Source of the DNA: an uncultured Acidobacteriota bacterium
GTDB lineage: Bacteria > Acidobacteriota > UBA6911
Assembly: GCA_963843575.1 (NCBI GenBank)
Contig: CAWJKZ010000012.1
Coordinates: forward strand, 224,001-288,000
Direction of reading: 5' to 3'
Length of the DNA: 64,000 nucleotides
Shown here: positions 31,376 to 41,736 of the stretch, piece after piece
Layout of the letters: every line of letters begins with the position of its first letter
Numbering within the stretch: the stretch's first letter is position 1
Made by a program: the position numbers and the translations under genes
The notes under the pieces: generated by a model
What the model was told of the DNA's origin: nothing
The model's input: the letters and a program-made list of their open reading frames with translations, nothing else
Database searches by the model: none

Positions 31376-33072
31376 CTAGCGAGCCTGGTGTGAGATCGAG
31401 GGCACGTCCGGCCCTTCCAGCGCGAGCGCGAGACGCATCAGCGTTTCGTTGCCGACGGCCCCGTCCGGGATCAGCGCCTGGTCCCGTTGAAAGGCCAGGA
31501 CACGCGCGCGCAGGGCTTCGTCAAAACGATCGGATGGGGCGGCGCTCGGCTCCTTTTTCTCCAGCTTGTCGAGCGTCCGCCGGACCCAGATCACGTCTTC
31601 GCCCCGGGCCCCGACCGAGAGCAGTCGCGGGGCGATCGGCGGCTTCCAGACCAGGATGAACGAGCCGTCCCACATCCCGTCGATTTCCGACAGCGGGAAC
31701 TTGGTGCTCTGCGGCGCCAATGGCCAGGGTCGCGGTGTCCCCGGTGAGCCCGACGAGGGCCGCCCGGCGCCGCTCCCCGCCGGGAAGGACGATCTCCAGG
31801 ATGGCCGGGAGGTCGAAACGGCGCAGCTTGCGCCAGTTGCCCGCGAGGTAGAGGCACTCGAACCCGTGCGCGCGCCCGACCTGGCACCCGAGATCCGACC
31901 GGCGCACCGGGGCGTCGACCCCCCAACGGGCAAACAGGTTGGTGAAGCTGGAGGCGGTGTCGCGGTCGAGGGAGGAATCGGCGAGCACCTCCGCGAGCCG
32001 GCCAGCCTTGACGACGGCCGGCGGCGGGTCGACTCGGGCCAGGGGCGCGCCCGCATCTCCCGAAACCGGCGTCACTACGCCCGCGTCGGGTTTGACCGGC
32101 GGGGCGGCAGCCTTTTCGATACCGACGACGCTCGCGACCGGGGCCGCTGCGGCCTTGTCCCGGCGACGGAAGGGGGAGTGGGCCGAGGCCAGGAAGATCG
32201 CGCCCGCGACCACCAGCGCTATCGCCGCCACCGTTCCCGCAAAGAAGAGCTGCCGGCGCCCCGGGACGACGCCGCGCGCCTCCCGGCTCGCCCGGCGCAC
32301 GATGGCGGGGCTCACGCTCCGCTTTTCGAGCGCGTAAGCCCCGAGCAGGGCGCGGTCGCAGATGACGTTGATCAGGCGAGGCACCCCGCGCGAAAGCCGG
32401 TAGACCTGGCGCATGGCCCGCTCCGTGAACAGCGGGCGCGCTCGACCCCGCCACCAGCAACCGGTGCCGGATGTAGGCGTAGGTCTCCCGCCTGGACAAG
32501 GGGAGGAGGTGATAGCGCGCCGTGATGCGCTGGGCCAGCTGGCGCAGCCTGGCGCTCTGCAGGATGGCCAGGAGCTCCGGCTGGCCGATCAGGATGATCT
32601 GGAGGAGCTTCTCCTGCGCCGTCTCCAGGTTGGTCAGCAGCCGGATCTGCTCCATCACGTCGCCGTCGAGGTTCTGCGCCTCGTCGATGATCAGCACCGT
32701 GCGCCGGCCCTGCGCGTGCGCCTCGAGCAGCCGCAGGTTCAGGGCGTCGATGAGGACCTTGATGCTGCCGGTCACCGGGTAGGAGATCCCGAGCTCGTCA
32801 CAGACCGTCGCGACCAGCTCGATCGCCGTCATCCGCGGGTTCAGGACCAGGGCGACGTCCGTCTCGGGCGGGAGCTGCTTGACCAGGCACCGGGAAAGGG
32901 TGGTCTTCCCCGACCCGATCTCACCCGTCAGCTGGACGAACCCGCCGGGCTGCTGAATGCCGTAGACGAGGTGGGCCAGCCCTTCCCGGTGGCGCTCGCT
33001 CATGAAGAGATAGCGCGGGTCGGGCGTGAGCGAAAACGGAGCCTCCTTCAGTCCGAAGTATTCGGTATACAT
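31376..33072 (-). CDS. exeA: ExeA/GspA AAA ATPase with C-terminal peptidoglycan-binding domain, frameshifted
   Basis: MYTEYFGLKEAPFSLTPDPRYLF, GEIGSGKTT, IIDEAQ, GQPEL, FQRDQALIPDGAVG. Confidence 0.9.
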
Positions 33073-33150
33073 TGTCTTGAGCTGCCAAAGACTATACCAG
33101 AGACCATCACGATCCGTAAGGCGGGCCGGTGCGGCGGACTTCGAGATGAC

Positions 33151-33241
33151 TTCGAGATTCTTCGAGCTCTTGGAGCGTTCGAGGCGAGATTTTAAAGACT
33201 CACCGCGAAGACTCGAAGGTCTCCAAGGGTCTCGAAGAAGT
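33151..33241. repeat. Family C palindromic repeat
   Basis: TTCGAGATTCTTCGAGCTCTTGGAGCGTTCGAGGCGAG ... CTCACCGCGAAGACTCGAAGGTCTCCAAGGGTCTCGAAGAA. Confidence 0.7.
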
Positions 33242-34654
33242 GCGGGGGGCATTCAGGTGGCGCAACACCGCATCGGCAATCACCTGATGCCCTTTTTCGT
33301 TGAAGTGCCCGAAGCGTCGAAACGGGAACAGAGACAGCGGATCGTCCTGCGCCTGGAAAGCGGGGACGGTGTCGATGATCGTCAGGCCGCAAGCCCGGAC
33401 CGTGGCAAAGACCTTGGCCCTTTCTTCATCCGCCAGTGGCGACCGCGTCCCGAACCGCCTCCAGCTTGGCTGGTAGACAAACACGAGGGTGCCTCCCCAG
33501 GAGGCGACGCGCGCCCTGCTCGCGGACAGGATCCGCGCAAAGAGGCTCAGGTTCGCGGGCCCGACCGCCTCGTCCTCGGCGCTCGCCCTGCTCTCTTTTC
33601 CGTACACGAACCCCAGGGTTTGTCGCAGCTGCTCCAGTTTCACCACCGATTCCAGACGCCGGAGGGAAGCCCTCCAGGAGTCCCGGGGGCCGCGGGCGGC
33701 AGGGGTGCGTTCCTCTGTCCTGAGATCGTCCATCAGTTTCCGATCGATTTCCTCCTGCCGGCCGATCAATCCCTGATGGAAGTCCCCGGACATGTATCTC
33801 TGGAATACCGGCTCCTCCCGCTGGCGCCAGAGATCGTCCAGGTCGATCCCTTCGCAATGGAACCACAGGACGACGTCGGGCTTGATCTCCGTCACGTACT
33901 CCTGCATCAGCGCCCACATGAGCATCGGGCCGCCCGAGAACCCCAGGTTGAGGGTTGCAGGAAACACCTGCCGGATCCGGGCGACGTAGTTCTGCTCGGG
34001 CGGGACCGCGTAGCCTTCCGTGAAAGACTCGCCCAGCGCCACAATGCGGATGTGCGGCAGACCCCAGATCCCCGCCGGGTTGTTGAACCCTCGCTCATCC
34101 GTGCGATACACCACCCACTGCCCGCTGTCGTTGCCCAGGACCGTCATCTTGTTCGACATGGGAGCCAGAGGAAACAGCCCTTCGAATCTCGGGTTGCCCC
34201 TCCACGCGGTGGTCGCCAGGGGCACGGCGTCGACCCCCTGGCGCCTCAGATCGGCGACCACCTCGGCGCGGCTCCTCGGATCGAAGTTCACCCCGGATTC
34301 CGCGGCCGCTTCCTTGACCACCTCCGCCCACTTCGCGTTGTATTCCCAAACGGGCATCTCGACGGCCTTCGGCCGCATCGTCCGCAGCAGCAACTCGGCC
34401 CCGAACACGGACAGGACGAGCGCCACGGCACACGCGGCAACTCGGGCCCTGGCCCGCGGCCTCAACCACAGGGCTGCGAGGAAGGCCACCGCCAGCGCGA
34501 TCGGCACGACGTGGTAGAGCACCGCGCCCCCCCAATTCGAGAAGTGCCGGTCACGCACCCAGTCGTAGTGATACAGAACCACCGCGGCGAACCACAGCGA
34601 GAGCAAACCCGCGCCGAGCAGTATGACGTTCGCGATCTTGATTCTGGTCGACAA
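33200..34654 (-). CDS. Membrane-anchored SGNH/GDSL-like hydrolase or acyltransferase
   Basis: Three N-terminal TM helices, TDERGFNN, LGESFTEG, NLGFSG, GHFNEKGH. Confidence 0.65.
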   Translation of the reverse strand: MSTRIKIANVILLGAGLLSLWFAAVVLYHYDWVRDRHFSNWGGAVLYHVVPIALAVAFLAALWLRPRARARVAACAVALVLSVFGAELLLRTMRPKAVEMPVWEYNAKWAEVVKEAAAESGVNFDPRSRAEVVADLRRQGVDAVPLATTAWRGNPRFEGLFPLAPMSNKMTVLGNDSGQWVVYRTDERGFNNPAGIWGLPHIRIVALGESFTEGYAVPPEQNYVARIRQVFPATLNLGFSGGPMLMWALMQEYVTEIKPDVVLWFHCEGIDLDDLWRQREEPVFQRYMSGDFHQGLIGRQEEIDRKLMDDLRTEERTPAARGPRDSWRASLRRLESVVKLEQLRQTLGFVYGKESRASAEDEAVGPANLSLFARILSASRARVASWGGTLVFVYQPSWRRFGTRSPLADEERAKVFATVRACGLTIIDTVPAFQAQDDPLSLFPFRRFGHFNEKGHQVIADAVLRHLNAPRTSSRPLETFESSR

Positions 34655-34707
34655 TGAAAACTCCGTAGCTGGGGTCCCCTACCTCATCGTCCTTCCATAA
34701 CAGACGC

Positions 34708-34842
34708 TTTCGAGATTCTTTGAAAAAACCACCTCAAGACGCCAAGTACTCGAAGAATCTCCAAGGAATTCTTCGAGACCCTTTGAGTCCTTCGCGCCTT
34801 CGAGGTGAGATTTAAAAAAATCATTCGAAGAATCTCGAAGGC
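34708..34842. repeat. Family C palindromic repeat (nested arms)
   Basis: TTCGAGATTCTTTGAA ... TTCGAAGAATCTCGAA outer arms, inner CACCTC...GAGGTG arms. Confidence 0.7.
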
Positions 34843-35046
34843 CGTGGTCGATGGATACCACAGAAATCTTCGAAGAATGCGGTCTTTTCGCCCGTTCTGG
34901 GGTAATATCGATCATCCAAGTGCATCAGGAGGCTGGGGGCGTCCCCGGGGAAACAGCCATATCGACATTTCTCAGCAGCTGGCAAGAGCTGGATCTGGAT
35001 GCCAGAGGACTGCTTTTCTTACCGATAACCACAAAGGGAGCACACG

Positions 35047-36513
35047 ATGAAGGAAGAGATTAACACGAGGACCCGGCAGCGTCAGATCACCCGACGCGAG
35101 TTCGGCGGCGCCCTGGCCGCGGCCGGCGTGATCACGGCGGCGCCTGCATTTCTGCGCGGCCAGAATCTCAACAACAAGCTCAACATCGCCTTGATTGCCT
35201 GCGGTGGCCGCGCCAACGCCAACATGAACGGCGACGGCGGCGGCGGCGGTCGCGGCCCCGGCGGTACCCCGGCGCCAAAACCCACCGGACCACCCAAGGG
35301 CATCCCGGCCGAGAACATCACGGTCATCTGCGACGTCAACCAGGACGCCGTGGACGCCGCGGCCCTGAAGTTTCCAAATGCGAAAAAGTACAACGATTTC
35401 CGCAAGGTCTTCGAGAGCCCGAACGACTTCGACGCCGTCATCGTCAGCACGTGCGAGCACACCCACACGCTCGCGACCTACCTGGCCCTGACCCACGGCA
35501 AGCACGTCTACTGCGAGAAGCCGCTCACCCACGACATCTGGGAAGCGAGGTTCATTCGCGAGACCGCCGCCAAGTACCCGAAACTGGCCACCCAGACCGG
35601 CAACCAGGGACACGCCTCGCCGGCACGCCGCCAGATCAAGGAACTGATCATGGCCGGCGCCATCGGCCCGGTGCGCGAGGTGCACGTCTGGGCGGGCCGC
35701 GCCTGGGGACTGCAGAACGCCGAGTCGGCCAAGAAATTCGACATGCCGCACGGCTTCTACAACGGCATCCAGATCACCGAGCGGTTCAAGGAAGAGATGC
35801 CGATCCCGCCGAACGTCAACTGGGACCTGTGGATCGGGCCTGCGCCGGTGCGGCCGTTCCACGCCACCTACCTGCCCGGACCTCGCTGGTACCGGTGGTG
35901 GGACTTCGGCAACGGCACCATGAGCGACCTCGGCGGCCACGACAACGACGCCGCTTTCCAAGTGCTGGACCTCACCCAGCCCCTGACGGTAGAAGCCGTC
36001 TCCCCTAACGGCAAGGCCCACCCGGAACTCGCGCCGGCAACGCTGACCGTGACCTACGAGTTCCCGGCCCGCGGCTCGGCCCCGCCGGTCAAGCTCGTCT
36101 GGTACCAGGGCGAGGCCAAGCCGCCGCTGTGGGTCGAAGGCAAAATCCCCCAGACCGACCGCGCGGCGCTGTTCATCGGCGACAAGGGAATGCTGTCCAC
36201 CGGCGGCGGCATAAAGCTCCTGCCGGAAGAACAGTTCAAAGACTACCAGATGCCGCCGGAAACCCTGCCCCGCTCGCCGGGCCACTACATCGAGTGGATC
36301 CAGGCGTGCAAGGGCGAGGGGCCTGCGGCTGGCTCTCATTTCGGGTATTCCAGCTGGGTCACTCAGTCGAACCACCTCGGCAACGTGGCCTACCGGGTCG
36401 GGAAAAAGCTCGAGTGGGATCCGGTCAACCTGCGCTGCCCCAACGCCCCGGAAGCCAGCCAACTCATCCGGCGCCCGTACCGGAAGGGCTGGGATAACAT
36501 TCTGAAGGCCTAG
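35047..36513 (+). CDS. Tat-exported Gfo/Idh/MocA oxidoreductase
   Basis: TRREF, YCEKPL, TQTGNQG, WDLWIGPAP, WWDFGNG. Confidence 0.9.
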   Translation: MKEEINTRTRQRQITRREFGGALAAAGVITAAPAFLRGQNLNNKLNIALIACGGRANANMNGDGGGGGRGPGGTPAPKPTGPPKGIPAENITVICDVNQDAVDAAALKFPNAKKYNDFRKVFESPNDFDAVIVSTCEHTHTLATYLALTHGKHVYCEKPLTHDIWEARFIRETAAKYPKLATQTGNQGHASPARRQIKELIMAGAIGPVREVHVWAGRAWGLQNAESAKKFDMPHGFYNGIQITERFKEEMPIPPNVNWDLWIGPAPVRPFHATYLPGPRWYRWWDFGNGTMSDLGGHDNDAAFQVLDLTQPLTVEAVSPNGKAHPELAPATLTVTYEFPARGSAPPVKLVWYQGEAKPPLWVEGKIPQTDRAALFIGDKGMLSTGGGIKLLPEEQFKDYQMPPETLPRSPGHYIEWIQACKGEGPAAGSHFGYSSWVTQSNHLGNVAYRVGKKLEWDPVNLRCPNAPEASQLIRRPYRKGWDNILKA

Positions 36514-36810
36514 CAGCGGAAGCCTGAAGCCGGAACCCGTTATTCGCCGGCTTCCGGCTGTCCGACGGCTGTTTCTGGATTTGCGGCGGCTCGACGCCAA
36601 TCGGAATGGCGCCGAGCCGCCCGGCAATTCCGGTCGTTGGACGCAAGTGAATGCGGCGCCGAGGCGCCGCACTCCAGAGTAATTCAGTCGGCCGCCAGCT
36701 CCCCAAGCCCGGCACGCGGTATGCCATGCTGCGCGGGCGAGAACCCCCATTCCCCGCTGTTTTCGGACGTGCGCCGCGTTGTGCTATCATCGGCCGACGG
36801 GAGGGGAGTC

Positions 36811-38615
36811 ATGGAAAAGCGTCATAAGTTTTCCATCTGGTACGTCTTGTTTGGCGTGTGGGTGGTCCTGATCGTCCAGAGTTACATCGCGTCCATGCTC
36901 GCCACCGAGATGATACCGTACAGCCAGTTTCTCGACCTCCTCAAGGGCGGCAAGCTCGTCGACGTGGCCGTTACCGCCAATCAGATCGAAGGGAAAATGA
37001 AGGTGGAGGGCGGCACGCCCGGTCTGACAAAAGCCTTCAGGACCGTCCGGGTCGACCCGGACTTGTCCACCCTGCTCGACCAGTACAAGGTCGTTTTCAA
37101 GGGTCAAATCGAGTCGACGTTTGTCCGAGACATCCTGTCGTGGGTCTTCCCCATCATCCTGTTTGTCGGCATCTGGTACCTGTTCATGAAGAAGATGGGG
37201 GCCCAGCAGGCGGGCTTCATGACCCTCGGCAAGAACAAGGCGAAGATCTACGTGCAGGACGAACTGAGCGTCACGTTCAAGGATGTCGCGGGTGTCGACG
37301 AAGCCAAGCAGGAGCTGATCGAAGTCGTCGAATTCCTGAAGACCCCGGGAAGTTCACGGAACTCGGGGGCAAGATACCCAAGGGCATCCTCCTGGTCGGC
37401 CCGCCGGGGGCAGGAAAGACCCTGCTGGCCAAGGCCGTCGCCGGCGAGAGCGGCGTGCCTTTCTTCAGCCTCTCGGGATCGGAGTTCGTCGAGATGTTCG
37501 TGGGCTTGGGGGCGGCGCGGGTGCGCGACCTGTTCGTCCAGGCCAAGGAAAAAGCCCCTTGCATCATCTTCATCGACGAACTCGATGCCCTGGGGAAGGC
37601 CCGCGGCTTCTCAGCCCTCGGGGGACACGACGAACGGGAACAGACCCTCAACCAGCTGCTGGTCGAAATGGACGGCTTCGACCCGAAGGTCGGAGTCATC
37701 CTGATGGCCGCGACGAACAGGCCCGAGATCCTCGACCCGGCGCTCCTGAGACCAGGCCGGTTCGATCGCCACGTCCTCGTGGATCGCCCGGACAAGCAGG
37801 GGCGGGCGGAGATCCTAAGGGTCCACTTGAAGGCGATCAAGATCGCGGCCGAACTTGATGTGGACAAGCTGGCGGGCATGACCCCAGGAATGGTGGGGGC
37901 AGACCTCGCCAACCTGGTCAATGAAGCGGCGCTGCTCGCCGTCAGGAGGAACAAGAAGGAAGTGGGGATGCCGGAGTTCGAGGAGGCTGTCGAGAGGATC
38001 GTCGCCGGACTCGAAAAGAAAAACCGCCTGATCAATCCGGAGGAGAAAAAAGTTGTTGCCTATCACGAGATGGGGCACGCCATCGTGGCCCTGTCTCTGC
38101 CGGGCACGGATCCGGTGCACAAGATTTCCATCATTCCCCGCGGCATTGCGGCCCTGGGCTATACCATGCAGGTCCCGACCGACGATCGTTTCCTGATGAA
38201 AAAGACCGAGCTTCTCAACAAGATCGCCTCCCTCCTGGGAGGGCGGGCGGCAGAACAGATCGTTTTCGGAGATGTATCCACCGGTGCCCACAATGACCTG
38301 TCCAGGGCCACGGACATCACGAAGAGCATGATCAAGGAATACGGCATGAGCGACCGGTTGGGCCAGGTGTACTTCTCCCACGAGAAGCGGCAGCAGTTCC
38401 TCGATATGGGAGTGCAGGAGACCGCCGATTACAGCAACGCCACGGCAGAGGCAATCGACCAGGAAATCAGCGAGATTATCGCCAGGGAATATGGGAGGGC
38501 GGTCGAGATTCTCAAGAGCAGGCGGAGTCTCCTCGAGCAGGGCGCCGCGTTGCTGCTCGAAAAGGAAAAAATAGAAGGCTCGGAACTGAAGGCCCTTGCC
38601 GCCGCCATCGCCTGA
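36811..38615 (+). CDS. ftsH: ATP-dependent zinc metalloprotease FtsH (one frameshift near 37345)
   Basis: Two TM helices, [49 protein letters not shown]. Confidence 0.93.
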
Positions 38616-38629
38616 TCGCGACCGCAATA

Positions 38630-39011
38630 CAAGTGGGTCCGGGCTTCAGCCCGGACGTCTTTTGATCTGATCTATGTGGCGACGGGCGCACGTTATACCG
38701 ACCGCAAACAGCCTCCGGGCTGAAGAGGCTGTCCCACGATTGAACCGCCCGGCCTGCCCGTAAAACAAGTGGGTCCGGGCTTCAGCCCGGACGTCTTTTA
38801 ATCTGATCTATGTGGCGACGGGCGCACGTTATACCGACCGCAAACAGCCTCCGGGCTGAAGAGGCTGTCCCACGATTGAACCGCCCGGCCTGCCCGTAAA
38901 ACAAGTGGGTCCGGGCTTCAGCCCGGACGTCTTTTAATCTGATCTATGTGGCGACGGGCGCACGTTATACCGACCGCAAACAGCCTCCGGGCTGAAGCCC
39001 GGACCCACTTG
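38630..39011. repeat. Tandem array of a 136-bp REP-doublet unit, family D (~2.8 copies)
   Basis: AAGTGGGTCCGGGCTTCAGCCCGGACG starts at 38631, 38767 and 38903; the last unit closes with the inverted CCGGGCTGAAGCCCGGACCCACTTG. Confidence 0.9.
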
Positions 39012-40128
39012 GGTCTACGAGGCAGCCGGTCTTGCTGGTGTCGTAGCCGCCCAGAGCCTCGAGCTCGCCTCTTAGGGTCGCCCGGTTGAGTGCATCCAGC
39101 ACCACCTGAATCGCCGGCAAATCAAAATTCTGCTCCGGGATGACCAGATCGTAGCGCTCGCACGCCAGGGGGATGAAGGACAGTCCGAAAACACGCGCAG
39201 CCGCCCGGGTAGCGACGCAGCAGTCCGCCATGCCGCCGTGCACATGCCATGCCGCCAGCACGTGCCCGCCCGCCGTCTGGTCATATCCCCTGACGTTCCC
39301 GGGTGGTATGCCTTCCCTCTCGAGAGACCTGTCCAGCAGGAGGCGTGCGCCGGCGCCCACTTCCCGGTTGACGATCGTCACTTCCGGGCGCGCGAGATCG
39401 CCCACGCCGGATATCCCTTTGGGGTTTGCCGCGGCCACGACCAGCCCCTCCTCCCAGGAAGCAAAGGTCACGATCCGAACGCCGCCTCGCGGGAAAAACC
39501 TCCTGATGACCGTGAGGTTGGATCCTCCGGCCGCCTTGCCGGCGAGGTGAGTCCCGGCGATGTGGACCTTGCGAGCCCGGAGCCACTCGAGTGCCTGACG
39601 GCTCGAACACGTCGCGGTGATCAGTTCGACGTTGCCCTGCTTCCGCACCTGGCGCGCCAGCACAGCCATGGCAGGGTCGCAGCCGGCCACGATCAGCCGG
39701 TTGTCGAGATCGGCCGCGTCGCGGATCGGACGGACCAGTGTCCTGCCCCTCCGGCCGCGACCCGTGATGATCGCGTCGGCCACGGGAAGCTCTCCGTGAA
39801 CCGGGGGGGACGGCACGCCCATCAGGCGTCTCCCCACCCTGGCGAGCCGCAAGGGCTGGTTCGCTTGCCCGGACTCCAGCCGACCTGCCAGCAGCTCGAC
39901 GGGCGCCGACTCGGGTGCCGCCGCAGCCGGCGCCGCAATCGAGAACAGATCCTCGACCCTCGCCTCCAGTGCCAGGGCCAGACGGAGCGCCACGAGGGTG
40001 TTGGGGATGTAGCGCTGCGCCTCGATGGCGTAGATGGTCTGCCTCGTCACGCCCGCCCTGGTGGCCAGGACCGCCGCGGTGAGTCCGCGACGCCGCCGCA
40101 CTTCGGCCAACTTGTTTTGCACGCCCAC
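38965..40128 (-). CDS. XRE-type HTH plus periplasmic-binding-protein-like (molybdate-type) regulator
   Basis: LATRAGVTRQTIYAIEA HTH; GCDPA, HIAGTHL, VNREVGAGAR, ERYDL; divergent from modABC. Confidence 0.85.
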   Translation of the reverse strand: MGVQNKLAEVRRRRGLTAAVLATRAGVTRQTIYAIEAQRYIPNTLVALRLALALEARVEDLFSIAAPAAAAPESAPVELLAGRLESGQANQPLRLARVGRRLMGVPSPPVHGELPVADAIITGRGRRGRTLVRPIRDAADLDNRLIVAGCDPAMAVLARQVRKQGNVELITATCSSRQALEWLRARKVHIAGTHLAGKAAGGSNLTVIRRFFPRGGVRIVTFASWEEGLVVAAANPKGISGVGDLARPEVTIVNREVGAGARLLLDRSLEREGIPPGNVRGYDQTAGGHVLAAWHVHGGMADCCVATRAAARVFGLSFIPLACERYDLVIPEQNFDLPAIQVVLDALNRATLRGELEALGGYDTSKTGCLVDPSGSGLQPGGCLRSV

Positions 40129-40154
40129 GAATTCCCCTTGCCTGACCCGATTGC

Positions 40155-40210
40155 CGACGTTATACCATGTTGTCGCTTTAAGACGACGATGTATCTTATA
40201 GTATAATTTC
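40155..40210. promoter_or_regulatory. Candidate divergent -10 boxes for regulator and modABC
   Basis: TATAAT at 40202-40207 on plus; TGGTATAAC on minus near 40159-40167. Confidence 0.4.
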
Positions 40211-40260
40211 CCTTTGTGTTCGCCTCCCGTTCTTGCAGGGAGGCTTGCGGGGTACGGCGC

Positions 40261-40995
40261 ATGAAAAACCCGACCAAGATGATCGTCGCCCTGTTCTGCG
40301 TACTGGCGCCGACGGCGCACGCCCTGGCCGGCGAGATCCACATTTCGGCCGCCTTGAGCCTCAAAGAGGTCATGGACGATCTCACCGGCCGCTTTGCCGG
40401 CAGGCATCCGGGAACGGACTTCTTAAAAAACTACGGCGCGTCCGGAACACTCGCCAGGCAGATCGAGAGCGGCGCGCCTTCCGACATCTTCATCTCAGCC
40501 AACCCGGAGTGGATGGATTATCTCAAGAACAAGAGTCTTGTCGATCCCGTCAGCGTCGGCACCTTTGCCTACAACACCCTGGTGTTCGTCGGCGCACCGG
40601 GCAAGGCGTCCGCATTGAGGGACTTGTTGAAACTGGACAGGATCGCCCTGGGCAGCCCCGGGAGCGTGCCGGCCGGCGCGTACGCCATGGAAGCGCTCAG
40701 GAGGGCCGGCATCGACAAGCAGCTCGAGGGGAAGCTGGTGCTGGCGAAGGATGTGCGGGAGTGCCTCGTCTATGCCGAGCGCGGCGAGGTCGACGGCGCT
40801 TTCGTTTACCGGACCGACGCGCTCCAGGCGAGGCAGGCAAGAATACTGTTTGCGGTGCCGCAGGAACTCTATCCTCGCGTCGCCTACTCGATGTCGTTGA
40901 CGGTTTCGGGCGCGAAAAACAGGGATGCGGCCGCTTTCTTCTCCTTTCTGGGCAGCGATGAAGCGAGGACGGTGCTGGCCCGGCACGGATTTTAG
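40261..40995 (+). CDS. modA: Molybdate ABC substrate-binding protein
   Basis: SAALSL, GASGTLARQIESGAPSDIFISA, SVPAGAYA, VYRTDA. Confidence 0.92.
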   Translation: MKNPTKMIVALFCVLAPTAHALAGEIHISAALSLKEVMDDLTGRFAGRHPGTDFLKNYGASGTLARQIESGAPSDIFISANPEWMDYLKNKSLVDPVSVGTFAYNTLVFVGAPGKASALRDLLKLDRIALGSPGSVPAGAYAMEALRRAGIDKQLEGKLVLAKDVRECLVYAERGEVDGAFVYRTDALQARQARILFAVPQELYPRVAYSMSLTVSGAKNRDAAAFFSFLGSDEARTVLARHGF

Positions 40996-41050
40996 GACGC
41001 GGATTGACGCGGATCGACGCGGAAATCCGTCCGGCATTCAGGGGGCCGTG

Positions 41051-41734
41051 ATGCTGTTTTCCGCCACCGACGTCGACGCCATTCGGCTTTCGCTGCAGGT
41101 TGCTCTCGTGGCGACCCTGATTTCGCTTCCGTTCGGTTTTGCCGCCGCCTACGTCATGACGTACGGGAGATTCCGCGGCAAGGTCGCGCTCGACGTTTTC
41201 GTCAATCTGCCCCTCACGCTCCCTCCGGTCGTCATCGGCTATCTGCTGCTTTTGGCCCTCGGGCAGAGAGGCTTCATCGGCCGGCACGTCCTGCAGCCGC
41301 TCGGCATCCGGTTGCTCTTCACGTGGAAGGCGGCGGTCATCGCCACCGCGATCGTCGGTTTCCCCTTGCTGGTCAGGTCGATCCGCCTCGGCATGGAGTC
41401 CATCGACCACGGCCTCGTCCAGGCCGCGCGCTCCCTGGGGGCCGGCCGGTTCGATGCCATCCTGACGGTCATTCTGCCGCTTTCCCTGCGCGGCATCCTC
41501 GCCGGCTCGGCGCTCATGTTCGCACGCGGCCTCGGGGAGTTCGGAGCCACCATCATTGTAGCCGGCAACATCCCGGGAGTGACCCAGACCATCCCGTTGG
41601 CGATCTACGAATATGTGAGTTCCCCGACGGGCGACAGGCTGGCCATGGCGCTTTGCGCCGTATCGATCCTCATCTCGGTGGCCGTCCTGCTGTGCCACGA
41701 ATATCTCGGCAGCCGCATGGTCGGGAAGGACTGA
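41051..41734 (+). CDS. modB: Molybdate ABC permease
   Basis: LPLTLPPVVIGY, FARGLGEFGATI, TQTIPLAIY. Confidence 0.93.
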   Translation: MLFSATDVDAIRLSLQVALVATLISLPFGFAAAYVMTYGRFRGKVALDVFVNLPLTLPPVVIGYLLLLALGQRGFIGRHVLQPLGIRLLFTWKAAVIATAIVGFPLLVRSIRLGMESIDHGLVQAARSLGAGRFDAILTVILPLSLRGILAGSALMFARGLGEFGATIIVAGNIPGVTQTIPLAIYEYVSSPTGDRLAMALCAVSILISVAVLLCHEYLGSRMVGKD

Positions 41735-41736
41735 CC

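Noticed and set aside
38630-39011. CRISPR array
   Set aside because: The sequences between repeats are themselves identical, the 136-bp period is too long, and there are no cas genes; it is a tandem REP-type repeat
40150-40210. ModE box upstream of modA
   Set aside because: Only a partial CGTTATA half-site with no properly spaced partner; better explained as divergent -10 boxes
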